From NCBI GenBank assembly GCA_026936335.1, contig JAPMXV010000061.1:248001-312000 (forward strand): a DNA stretch of 64,000 nucleotides. Direction: 5' to 3'. This stretch comes from Mantamonas sphyraenae STR306 (Eukaryota; Protista; CRuMs). Shown piece after piece: positions 23,529-34,197 of this stretch (the stretch's first letter is position 1; each line of letters starts with the position of its first letter). The notes below the pieces were generated by a model, which worked only from the letters and a program-made list of their open reading frames with translations, had not been told where the DNA came from and did not search any database. The position numbers and the translations under genes are program-made.

Positions 23529-24795
23529 TCACATGCCCATCTGGCAAAACTCGACCATCCAGACTCGGAAAACGGCGAGGAGGTCTTGAATGACGTCCTG
23601 GTCGAGGACGCTCTTGTCGTCGGCAGCAGTGTGCCAGAAGCGAGGATATGGGGTGACGATGAGGTGAACGACAGGGACGCCGCGCTGAACAAAAGGGACA
23701 TGATCGTCGGCGGACGGGAAGGGTGCGCGGCCTTCCTTGAACCAGTCGGCGCGCTGGACACGAGCGAGCTTGAGGCGTTGGAGGCGGCGGTGGATGGACT
23801 GAAGTCGTCGAAAGTGGCGTTGGGTGTTGGCAAAGTGCGAATAGAAGGCTGGGCTGGAGGAGCCGATAAGATCGAGGAGGACCATGACGCTGATGCGAGC
23901 GAGCTTGTCGTTCTCGTGCCACTGCTGGGCGAGGTGTCGTGCACCATAGCTGGAGAGATGGATGCAACGGTTTAGTGGGAGGGGTGTGAGTGGGTGCAGT
24001 GATGCGGGGGAAGGCCAAGGCGGAAATGGGGGCAACGTACATGGAGTCCGAGTTTGTCCAGCGCTCAAAGGCCTCTTCGCCGTCGAAGAAGACGAGGAGA
24101 AGGCCACGGGAGTGGGGCTGGAGCTTCAAGGCAGCTGCAGCGGCGGCAAGGTCGAGGAGCATGGCGCAGCTGACGGCGGAATCGGTGGCAGCGACAAAGT
24201 CGGGGGCGCCGGCAAGGATCTTGGAGTCGTAGTGGGCGGCCATCATGAGGTAGGCGTGGCGTTCGTGCCCGCCATAGGTGGCGACAACGTTTGCAAACTC
24301 TCGCTCGCCATGGGGAGTGCGTTCGCGGAAGCGGTCGACGTGGACGTGAAAGCCGAGCTTTGACAAGCGAGCGATCAGGAATTGGCGGACACGAGTGTGG
24401 CCAAGGCTTCCCACAGTGCGTGGGATCATGATCTCCTGGAGATCACCGTGAAACTGGACCATATCTGTCATGTCGCGGACCTCGCGGACCGCATCCATTC
24501 CCAAGACGGGAGGAAGGTGGCTTTGGTGGCCGACCTTTTTCGGATGTCTGTGATCGCCGCTGCCGAGGGTGGAGGAGACCACGGTGTGGGCGTTGAGGGA
24601 TTGGGTGCGCGAACGATGGAGAGGCTGCTCTGGAGCGAGCAGGGAGACGAGGAGGATGGAGACGGAGGCAATGGCGAGAAGGACGAGGAACAAGGCCTTC
24701 CTGCAAGCGGGGAGGGGGGTGTGGATTGAGGGCACAGTGTGAGGGCACAGAATAGGGGAGGCTGCAGGTACACGGGCAGCAGGCAGAGCGTACAT
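23529..24795 (-). CDS. QPCT: Glutaminyl-peptide cyclotransferase (peptidase M28 fold, animal-type QC), ~360 aa
   Basis: Motifs AAHYDSK, ATDSAVSCAMLL, FFDGEEAF, DSIYGARHLA (formed across intron 24040-23950), LLDLIG, DDHVPF, WHT. Probable intron 24793-24701 splits the ATG, giving MKALFLVLLAIASVSILLVSLL. QPCT and QPCTL cannot be distinguished. Confidence 0.87.
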
Positions 24796-24860
24796 GGCGG
24801 CGGGACTCGATGCGGGAGAAGGATTGTGCAGTGGCGCGCATCGGAAAGCAAATCAACGGC
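24796..24860. promoter_or_regulatory. 65-bp divergent spacer between QC and PTPDC1 (putative bidirectional promoter)
   Basis: ATG on - at 24795 and ATG on + at 24861. Inverted repeat CGATGCG (24808-24814) / CGCATCG (24837-24843). Confidence 0.5.
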
Positions 24861-27299
24861 ATGTCACAGGAAACGTCGATCAAAACGCACATCACGTCGT
24901 CCATTTGTGTAAGTGTGGCAGGGTGAGAAGTGGAACGGGGGAGAGCGCGGGGATGGGTCGGCTGGTGGAGGGGAAGAAATGGAAACTGACGCGGCGAGAG
25001 GTTGGGTCGGGCCACAGGTGTTTTGCAGGGGCAAAGACTGCAAGTGGGAGGACCACACGCGGTGGGAAGGGAACGCGCTTGATGGTCTGTTTTCGAATTG
25101 GATCACGGACGACTTGCTGGCGAGCGCCCGGCCGTCGCAACGCATCATCGAAGAGTTTAACGTGCTGGAGCAGTTCCAACAGTGAGTTTTTGCCTACAGC
25201 CACGGGTGGCGGGCGGATTGAAACCGTAGAGGGGCGGCGGGAAGGAAATGGAAGCAGAGTCGTGGGCGCTAACGCAAGTGAGACGTGTATTGTACACACA
25301 GGCAAGGGCTGGGGGCGGTGATTAACCTGCAGGAGCACGGCGAACATCCGTATTGCGGCGACGGGAATCTGAAGCACACAGGCTTTGCGTACGACCCGGA
25401 CACGTTTCGAGACAACGGCAGTAGGTTGTGGACGGGGCGCGGGATGGTGAGACAGATGGGAAGGTGAGGAAGGAGCGCTGACAATTGGGGACGGTCCCCT
25501 CCGTGTCGGGCCGGAATCCCTCTTCGGCGGTGCCGGTGCGGGTTGTGCTTGCACACGCAGTTTTCTACTTTCAAATGGGGTGGCAAGACTTTGGGACACC
25601 ATCCATGGAAACCATTCTGTCGATCGTGAAGCTGATCCGAAACCAGGTGGGCCAAGGACGAAAAGTGCTGATCCATTGCCACGCCGGGCTGGGACGCACG
25701 GGTCTGGTGATTGCTTGCTTCCTGGTGTATCACTTGGAGGTGGAAGCACAAGAGGCGATTGACATGGTGCGTGCGAAACGGCCACTGTCCATCCAGACAG
25801 CCGGGCAGCAAGGGTTCATCCGGCTGTTCCAGCAGTACCTAGAGAAACAACGGACGGTGTACCCAATGCAAACGAGCGAACGCGCGTCTCTTCAGGAGAT
25901 CCTTGCGCGTCAGAGTGCGCTGTACGATGCACTGGAGCTGCAACTGCAGGGGCAACTGTACCAGCCAAAACCGGTGACTGCGGTGATCAACAGGATCAAG
26001 GAGCTTGTGGAGGAAGCGGAGAATGCAAATGACTGCCGCATGGGCATGGTGACCACATTTGTGGTGGTGGATCGCGTACCGGAGCTGGACGAAAGCGAAG
26101 AGCAGACGCTGAGCGAGATCAAACTTTCGTGCAACCAAGCCAAGTATGAGCAGTTGGCGGAGTGCACGTCGCAGGTTGTGCTGGTGCACTTGCTGCTGGA
26201 CTTTCTGTCGTCTCTGACATCGCCTGTTGTCGACAACATGACGGCAGGCACGGTGTTCAACCGGTTGCTTGGCGGAGTGGTTGACATCAACGTGAACCTG
26301 CGCTCTGTGCTGCAGATGCCCGATCTGCACGTGCGTCTGTTGATCCAACTCATCCGTTTGTTTCGTTGGCTGGACCCGGAAGAAGCGGAGCTGCGAGTGC
26401 GGCTGATGCGTGTGCTTGCACGCGCGTTGTTGTTCACCGAACCGTACGACCACGCCGTCCTGTTTGGAGTGCCTGTGCCGAAGGAGGTGCAGAAGCTGTC
26501 ACGTACGGCAAGCACAGCCATGGAGGAGATGATGGATTGGATGAAGCACAACAGCGAGGTGGTGATCCAACAGAAGGACCAGCTGGCGATCAGCAGCCCG
26601 GTGTCGTGGTTTTTTGGGGCCGAGGCCGAACGGCAAGCGAATAAGAACCACACGTTTGCACTGGAGGTGGACCAGGAGCAAGAGGCTCACGACGGGGCGA
26701 GTCAGACGAGTCAGACGACAGATGAAGGTGAAACGCAGGTGGTGGAGATCACCACGGAACCCCAGGATCCCGAGGCCACGGAAGGCGTAGAGAAGCCAGA
26801 TGCGGAAACGACGGGTGAAGCAGAGGTGGAAAGCAATGCAGCGGCCGAGGCCGAGGCCGAGGCCGAAGCCGAAGCCGAAGCCGAGTCTGTGGAGGTGGAC
26901 GAGGGGACGGAGCTGGACAAAATGCTGCGGGAGGAAATCACGAGTACGATCGAGCGTCAGGGAAAGCGGAACGAGAAGCTGGAAGCAGCACGAGTGGCTG
27001 CCGAGTTGGAGGCAAAGGCCAAGGCAGAAGCAGAGGCGTCGGGCAAGAGTTTGCCGACACATTGGAGCAGCGAGCTGTCGCTGCCGTCGAACAACGAGGG
27101 CCTGCTGGAGGATGGGTTCATCGACTTTGTGAACCGCACAGACCGGGTGATCAATCTGCCCATTGCCAGTGCGTCGGCGTCGTCAGATCCGTCGGTGCCC
27201 AAGATCCAGGTGATTTTTGAACAGGACATTGTGTCTGTGTGGGCTGTGTTTCTCGGCAAGATTGTGTACGAGAGCTCGTGGGACCCCAGCTATGGGTGA
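24861..27299 (+). CDS. PTPDC1: Protein tyrosine phosphatase domain-containing 1-like, ~689 aa
   Basis: Exons 24861-24908, 25018-25181, 25302-25420 and 25561-27299 join in phase, and all three introns carry CTRAC branch motifs. The spliced protein gives the family pattern CKWE..SNWITDDLLASARPS..INLQEHGEHPYCG..GFAYDP..GWQDFG..HCHAGLGRTG (CX5R active site). Confidence 0.87.
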
Positions 27300-27345
27300 A
27301 TGGGAGAGAACGGGAGAACAGGGAATGAATGGGGAAAAGGAACAG

Positions 27346-28032
27346 TCATGGTTCAATTTGGACATCTGTGGTGGTTGTGGTGGTTGTTGTAGTAGTGGTG
27401 GTTGTGTCGGTTGAGCTGCTGGCTTGCTCAGGGTCGGGCTGTGCGTCAGAGTCGGACTGTTCCGTGGTGCCTGCGCTTTTCTTGGTCTTGCCGGCAAAGC
27501 AGCCGTGGCAGCCGCAGTTGGGGCACTCGATGAGCTTCTTGCCAGACACTTTGGAGCGACAAATGCAGACGGTGCCGAAGGACGTCTTTGTGGTGTCGAT
27601 ACAGGCTAGACAACAGAGGTTTTGGTAGCCAGGCTGTGTTGAAGGTGTTGGATGGGGATGCGGGTCGAGGTGAGGAAAAGGCGTTGGCAACGGGGGTGGG
27701 GAACGGGAAAGCACGGGAGGCGCGCGTTCCGACTTGGGACGGACCTTTTTCCACTTTGCAATGAGGTTTGCATCTGCATACTTCTCCTTGAGGCAGTACT
27801 GGTAGACCTTTCTGTCGATGGCATGTTCGTTGTAAAACATGTCGTAGATGTAGCGCGAGCGCTGATGATGGATGCGGATCACAGGCCAGAGCGACTCGGT
27901 CTTGCGCTTGCCCTCGTGTGGCTCTGCCTCTGCCTCGCGCATCATTTCTTCAAATTCATCCAGCTTGTCTTCGAGGACCTCGAAGCCCTTGGGCACGCGT
28001 TTGCGCTTCTTGCTGGTGCGAACTTTGGGCAT
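27346..28032 (-). CDS. BUD31: BUD31/G10 splicing factor, ~191 aa
   Basis: [39 protein letters not shown]|[12 protein letters not shown] and [13 protein letters not shown]. Intron 27744-27634 (GTCCGT..CACAG, 111 nt) restores the conserved KWKK-xGY junction. Confidence 0.95.
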   Translation of the reverse strand: MPKVRTSKKRKRVPKGFEVLEDKLDEFEEMMREAEAEPHEGKRKTESLWPVIRIHHQRSRYIYDMFYNEHAIDRKVYQYCLKEKYADANLIAKWKKVRPKSERAPPVLSRSPPPLPTPFPHLDPHPHPTPSTQPGYQNLCCLACIDTTKTSFGTVCICRSKVSGKKLIECPNCGCHGCFAGKTKKSAGTTEQSDSDAQPDPEQASSSTDTTTTTTTTTTTTTDVQIEP

Positions 28033-28077
28033 TTTGCTGGCTTGGTGAGCGAGAGGAGATGTGATGGAAAGCGAAGA

Positions 28078-30019
28078 TCAGTCGTTTTTGTTCATGGACG
28101 TGGTGCGCACAGTGATGGGAAGGGAGTAGGCCTCTGCGCGTTCAACCGGGTCCAGACCAGAGCGCTGATTCCGGCGGACAGATTCGCGAATGCGAACGAT
28201 GGCGATGAGCGCAGCCGTGATGACGAGAGTGAGGAATAGATAGGGGGTGCGGGAGTGGCCTTCTTCGTCGAACCGTTCGGACTCTGTGGAGATTGTGTTT
28301 GTGGATGCGATTCCAGAGTCATTGTCATCGACGTTTGCTCGAGGAGAGGGTGTGGGTGATGGGTGATGTCTGTCTTTGTGCGATGCTGGCAAAGGGGTGG
28401 GTGTCGCGGTGGAAGGGGTAGTAGTGCGGTCCGTGGGGCTGTCGTTGGACGTGGGCTTGGTTGTGGGCTTGGGTGTGGGAACTGGGGTGGCGGTTTGGTG
28501 TTCGTCGTCCCAGGGTTCGCTCCACGGGTCTGGCGTGGGGGTGGGGATGGGTGTGGGATCCTCTTCGTCATTGGTGTCGGAGGTAGGAGTGGGTGTGGGC
28601 TCATGTTCGTGATTGCGACCGGGTGTAGGAGCGGAGGTAGGAGTGGGTGTGGGATCCTCTTCGTCATTGGTGTCGGAGGTAGGAGTGGGTGTGGGCTCAT
28701 GTTCGTGATTGAGACCGGGTGTAGGAGCGGAGGTAGGAGTGGGTGTGGGCTCATGTTCGTCATAAGCGTGGGGTGCTCCTTAGGAGAGTAGGAGAAGAAG
28801 CTTATGTTCATGATTGAGACCACTGGGTGTAGAGTAGGAGAGGTAGAAGGTGTGGTGTGGGCTGCTCCTCGTCATAAGCGTCGGGAGTAGGAGAGGAGTG
28901 GGTGTGGGCTTGGGGTGCTCCTCGTCATTGGAGTCGGGTGTAGGAGCGGAGTAGGTGTGGGTGTGGGCTCATGTTCGTCATAAGCGTCGGGATGCTCCTC
29001 GTCAGTGGGTGTCGGGAGTATGTTCATGATTGAGACCGGGTGCCACTGGGAGCGGAGTAGGAGTAAGAAGGTGTGGGTGTGGGCTCATGTTCGTCATAAG
29101 CGTCGGGATTAGGAGTGGGTGTGGGCTCTTCGTGATTGAGACCGGGTGTAGGAGAGGGAGAAGGTGTGGGAGTGGTGTGCTGAGTAGGAGAAGAAGAAGG
29201 AGTGGGAGTGGGGTGCTCCTCGTCAGTGGGTTCGGGAGTAGGAGAGGAAGAAGGAGTGGGAGTGGGGTGCTCCTCGTCATTGGGTTCGTGATTGCGACCG
29301 GGTGTAGGAGAGGGAGAAGGTGTGGGAGTGGGGTGCTCCTCGTCATTGGTGTGTAGGAGAGAGGGAGAAGGTGTGGGAGTGGGGTGCTGAGTAGGAGAGG
29401 AAGAAGGTGTGGGAGTGGGGTGCTCCTCGTCAGTGGTGTCGGGAGTAGGAGAGGAAGAAGGAGTGGGAGTGGGGTGCTCCTCGTCAGTGGTTTCAGGAGT
29501 AGGAGAGGAAGAAGGAGTGGGTGTGTGATCCCCTTTGCCACTGGGTTCAGGAGTAGGAGAGGGAGTAGGTGTAGGTGTGGGAGTGGGGTTCTCCTCGTCT
29601 TCCCATGTGTGTCATCCCACGGGTCTGGATGGGTGGCTGTCTGTCGGTGTGGGCTTTGGAGAGCTCTCTGTGTTTCCCTTCTCCCCCGTCGTTTGCGGCG
29701 TCGTCGTTTCATGCGTGCCTGCTTGCGCTGCCCCAGATTCCCCAGCGTTCTCCTCGCCATTTCCGCTTTCGCCATCTTCCGTTTCCTGGCCGTGCGTCTG
29801 ACCCGGTGGCCAATTTTGCCCATCCATGGGATCATTCCCGTGCTCATCATCCCAATCAATATCTGCACAAAGTGCGCCCGGTTGCTCACAGTGTTAGGCA
29901 TGGTGCTGCGCCTTTTGATCTGTCCGCAGAACCACTCGCTCACCTTCTGGGTCGTCATCCACAGCTACCGCAGCAACTAGCACCAATGCAAGCACGATGA
30001 ACAATGGTCCAAACTTCAT
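28078..30019 (-). CDS. Mucin-like Pro/Thr/Ser/acidic type I membrane protein; reading frame disrupted in this sequence
   Basis: Signal peptide MKFGPLFIVLALVLVAAVA from ATG 30019; intron 29943-29863 (GTGAGC..CTAAC..TGCAG); PT-rich repeats; TM helix YLFLTLVITAALIAIV followed by a basic cytosolic tail. There is an in-frame TGA at 29612-29614 and several indels at about 28820-29070. Confidence 0.65.
28400..29600 (-). repeat. Degenerate coding tandem repeat array (units such as TDEEHPTPTPSSSPTP and NHEHEPTPTPTS)
   Basis: Recurrent + strand blocks GGAGTGGGGTGCTCCTCGTCA, GGAGTGGGTGTGGGCTCATGTTCGT and GATTGAGACCGGGTGTAGGAG. Confidence 0.9.
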
Positions 30020-30035
30020 TGTGCGTTTGCTCTGC

Positions 30036-33000
30036 CTACGTCGCCGCACGGCTCAGCTCATCCACCAGAGTGTGAATGACTTCCACATCGATTCCTCCCA
30101 TCTCTGCCGCCACTTCCTTCATCTTGTCTGCGTCCAGGTCGTGCCACAACTCAATCAGATCTCCGTCCACAAACCCGTGCGCCTTGTTTGTGCGTCGTTC
30201 CGTTCGGAAGCTGCGCCACTCGGCGTGGTCAAACCCGCCCACACCATGTACACACTTGGCCATGGCTGTCTCCAATCGCTGACAGAACACAAACAAGTTC
30301 TTGGGCAGGCTGAGAATCACTCCGATGACCCCGTTTACCGTGCCAAACAGCCGTGTTGGAAAGCGCACCTTGCCGTCTTCGTTGTCAACCGCGTTTGCCA
30401 GCGACCCCTCCACGATGCTGTTCACAAACTCGCCCACGTGGAACTCACCCGCCAGCACCAGCCTCGCACGTTCCTCCTCCGATGCGCTGTCGCTGCGCAT
30501 CAGACTGAACAGGTTGTGGCTGTTCTCGGCCCCAATGAACGTTTCGCTGTCCAGAAAGTCCACCGCACACGTCCAGTTGGGCTGATGGTCACGTGCAAGC
30601 TCTTCAATGGCCCCGTCCATGCTGTTGTACTTCAGCAGACTCACAGACTTCATCAGGTCGCCGACGAGGATAAAGTCACCGCGAGACTTTACATACAATG
30701 CAAGCACGTGGCCGTGATTGTTGCACTCCACCGTCAGCGCCTTTCCGCCGTCTTCGGTGTCCTGCACCTCGTGCAATTGAACCTTGCTGTTGATCCCAGC
30801 CAGCAGCTTGCCGTTAAACTCGCACAGCGAGTAGACAGCCCCGGTGGTCTCCTTCTCTGCGGCCAGAACCAGGCGTCCGTCCGCCACGTAAAACAGCAAA
30901 ATGCGCCCCCGTTGGCTGTCGCGCTCGTTTGGCAGCGCATACGCAGTGCCCACCGCAAAATACTCGCGCTCGTCGTCGCCAAAGCGGGCCGACAACAGGC
31001 TGCACCCGTTCTCAAAAGCGTCCAGCTGGTACGAGTGCATCATGTCAAACGTCTGGTCGTTCAACAACTTGACGTAGTTGGTCTCGTTCTCAGAGCCTTC
31101 GTCCTCAGAGGTAAAGTGCACCGTCAGCACTGCAAACGTGCCCGAGCTTTCCTGGTGACACAAGCGGCGGGGCATTTCGCCCAGCGGCACACTGTGGATG
31201 TGCAATTTCTGGATGTCGTCCACTGTGCCAATGATCAGCTCGTCGGCCGTGGTGACGGCCAGGGCGCCTGGAAACGCTTCCGAGTCAAACGTGCACATGC
31301 AGCCAACCTTGGGCAGGTTGACGTTGGAAAACTGCAGCTTGCGCGAGCTACCGTAGACGACGGTGGATCGATCGGAGGCACAGAACACATGCTCGGCGTC
31401 ACCGACTTGAAAGGCGGTGAGCTGAAGCGGTTGCGTGGCCAGGCTGACCTTCTTGCGCGCAGCAAGCGCCCCCGCATCGGTGTCGATGACAAAGGTGATG
31501 AGTTGACCGTCAGCAAGGCCAGCCATGAGGTAGGCCACGTCCTCAAACACAGTCATGAGCAGAGAGCGCGCGATGTACTCGTCACTCAGCTGTTCGGTGA
31601 GCAGCACGGAGAGGTTGGGCACGTCCAAGAGTCGCACGCACATGTCTGTCCATGTACCGACGGCCACAAGGTCGGACGACGTACCTTCGGCAGAGATGGG
31701 ATGAATGTCGATGCAGGAAATCTCGTTGTCCAGGGTGGTGGAATTGAGCAGGTCCAATGAGCCCTGGCCGATCTCCAACAGGTGGACAAAGCCTCCAGAC
31801 AGGCCCAGAGCTACCTGGGTGCTGTTGACGTCGGCCACGTTGATGCGCTGGCCCTCGGATGGGGTGTAGGAGGCGAGCCGTTCGTGAGTAGCCGCGTCGA
31901 TGAGGTGCACGTCAGTGTCGGTGACCTGGACGAGCTGCGTGTGCGCGACGTCTGCACACGCCAGCGTTTGCTTGTCGTGGTCGAATCCAGGCATGATCAC
32001 AGTGTCGTCTTCGCTGCCAATGGCAAGCACGTGAGTCTGGTCGATGAAAGAGAGGACGAGGAGCTGGTCAAGGCCAGAGTCGGCGTCCTTGAGCGACCAC
32101 ATTCCGTTGACACCGGTAACCTCCATGGTGGCCTGGCTGTTGATACCAATGCCAGAGCGGACGACGCGAAGGGAGCCGTCCTTGAAGGCGTTGGAGGCGC
32201 AGACCACTTGGCTCTGGCCCTGGCGCTCGAGGTCAACGAGAGCCATGTCGACAATGGGACCGAGGTTTGCAAATTCGCGCACAGGCTCGATGAACGAGCC
32301 ATCCTCGTCGGCCTCTGCGTGGAGCTTGACGAGGTGCGAGTCGCCGTACTTTGAGCCGCAATAGACGTAGCTGTTGTCCAGGTAGCTGATGCAGGAGAGG
32401 CAGGTTGTCTCGCCCAGGGTTTCCAGCTTGAGGGATTCGACGGTGTCGTTGTTGTGCACGAGCATCAGAGCCATGAGGTTTCCGACATGGTCGCCAAGGA
32501 GGTAGCGCCCCAAATCGATGGACTCGACGGCTTTAATGACGGCAAGGCGCATGTTGATGCTCTTGAAAAAGGCACCGCTGTGGTAGGTGATGGACTCTTC
32601 GCCGAAAATGATGGCGCCTCCAAGTGGGGGGGGTACGGCGACCAGTTTCGAGGAGCCGAGTTCGACGTTGTTCTGCTGCCAGGGTCCGTCGACCAGCTCC
32701 TTGGACTTGAGGTTGATGCTGTAGGTCTTGAGGTGGCGCTGTTGGCGTACATCCTGGTAGAGGATGAGGATGGTGGGCTGATCCTGGGCGTGCAAAAAGA
32801 CGAGGTCCAAGACGTACAGCTCGTCGAGGCGGACATTGAAGGCTTCTTGCAGGTTGCCGTTGTCTGCAACGGGGATGATCTTGAGCAGGCCGTCGACAAA
32901 GTGTGCGCCGATGCAACGGGCCTGTGGATCGACGCTGCAGAGGTAGCCAACATCAGCGGGGCGGCCGACCTTGTCGGCAAGATCGCCACCAGCCACAGTC

Positions 33001-34017
33001 ACAATGTTGCCGTCTTGGAACGAGAGGATGGCAAACTTGTAGCGCTCGAGCACAACGAGGAGGTTATGCTGATGGGAGTTCTGAAGGAAATGGGCACGGT
33101 CAACAGGGAGAGGGGTGGGCGTGGTAAGTTTGTGGGCAGTTTGGGGGGTGGGGGCCGAAAGGGAATGGAATGCCGTACGTCTGATCGGAAGGGCTCAAGG
33201 ATAGCGACTCGACCGTAGATGGGCACCTCGAGAAGAGGCTGGACGCCCTCGGGGGTCAAAAGATGGACTTCGAGACGTGTGGACTTGCTGCGAGAGGGCG
33301 GCGGGATGGATGAACGGCCGGATGTGCGGGAAGGGGTGAGCTCGGGGCATTTTTGGTGGCAGAGAGCGCAGGAGAGGGAATGAGACAGATGGATAGGGTG
33401 AGCAACGTACCAGATGATGAGGTTTGTGTCTGAGGGCGATGTGAAGTGTGCAGTGACTGCGAGGTGGAAGGAGGTTGTCGGGATGACGTAAAGGCGAAGG
33501 AGGGAGGCGGAAGTGAGCGGCCAAGGCGGAATCGAGGGCGAAGCGCAGGGCGGCTGGGAAGTTGCAGGAAGGCGTACCGGAATGGGTGACTGCTGTGGGC
33601 GGCTGTGCAGTGACAACATAGTTGTACGAGTTGCCGTCATATCCGCCGAGAGCCTCAGGGTCGCTGTGTAGGGGCCGGAGAAGTGCAGTGGGGGGTGTGA
33701 TCAAAACGACGTCGTTTGTGTCAGCTGGCCAAGGTTGCGGCGAAGCACCGGTGGACAAAGGGAAGACATGGAAGAGAGGACGTGGAGTTGGACAGGAGAC
33801 TGGGTCGTGGTGGAACGTGCAGGGCCAGCGGTGGATGGGTGACGGAGTGGGGAGGCAATACGTACAAGTTGGTTGCCCAGTCTGCAAGCTGCGAGGCCTC
33901 GGACGAGTCCGCAGGGCCCGGTGAGGCAGTTGGCTTCTCGTCGGCGAGGTCCATGGCCGATGAGGAGGCCGACGAGCTGCTTGAACTGCTGCTGCTGCTG
34001 CTGCTGCTGCTGCTCAT
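30036..34017 (-). CDS. DDB1: DNA damage-binding protein 1 (CUL4 adaptor), ~1,145 aa
   Basis: Exons 34017-33866, 33663-33578, 33456-33411, 33287-33179 and 33080-30036 join in phase. Conserved segments: SYNYVVTAQPPTAV, NLGPIVDM, GSLRVVRSGIGI, IDDIQKLHI-like, GDFILVGDLMKSVSLL, GFVDGDLIE. Confidence 0.96.
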
Positions 34018-34197
34018 GGTGTTTGTCAGAGGGGTTTGGGTGGCTGCATCGACGCAGTCCTCACGTGACAAGCAGGAAGCGCCAACTCAGTCTTTGGGAT
34101 ACGATCCGGCATGAGGATTGCCACCCCATGGGTTGCACTTGGAAGGCCGCCTGGGCCAAGCCAACGAAATAGAAAAACTTCAGAGCATCGTTTGCCA

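Noticed and set aside
22852-23949. C-terminal half of the supplied 647-aa ORF 22852-24795
   Set aside because: It reads through intron 24040-23950 into the wrong frame. The real QC C-terminus is in the frame ending at 23529.
28400-29600. Repeat array as CRISPR or telomeric repeat
   Set aside because: The units are irregular and codon-structured, with no constant repeat plus unique spacer pattern and no cas genes, in a eukaryotic context.
29612-29614. In-frame TGA as selenocysteine or a reassigned codon
   Set aside because: TGA ends most genes in this window, the context is a low-complexity mucin, and compensating indels explain it better.
1-34017. Functional ubiquitin gene cluster (two HECT ligases plus DDB1)
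   Set aside because: The intervening genes are unrelated housekeeping genes and there is no evidence of shared function beyond the HECT pair.
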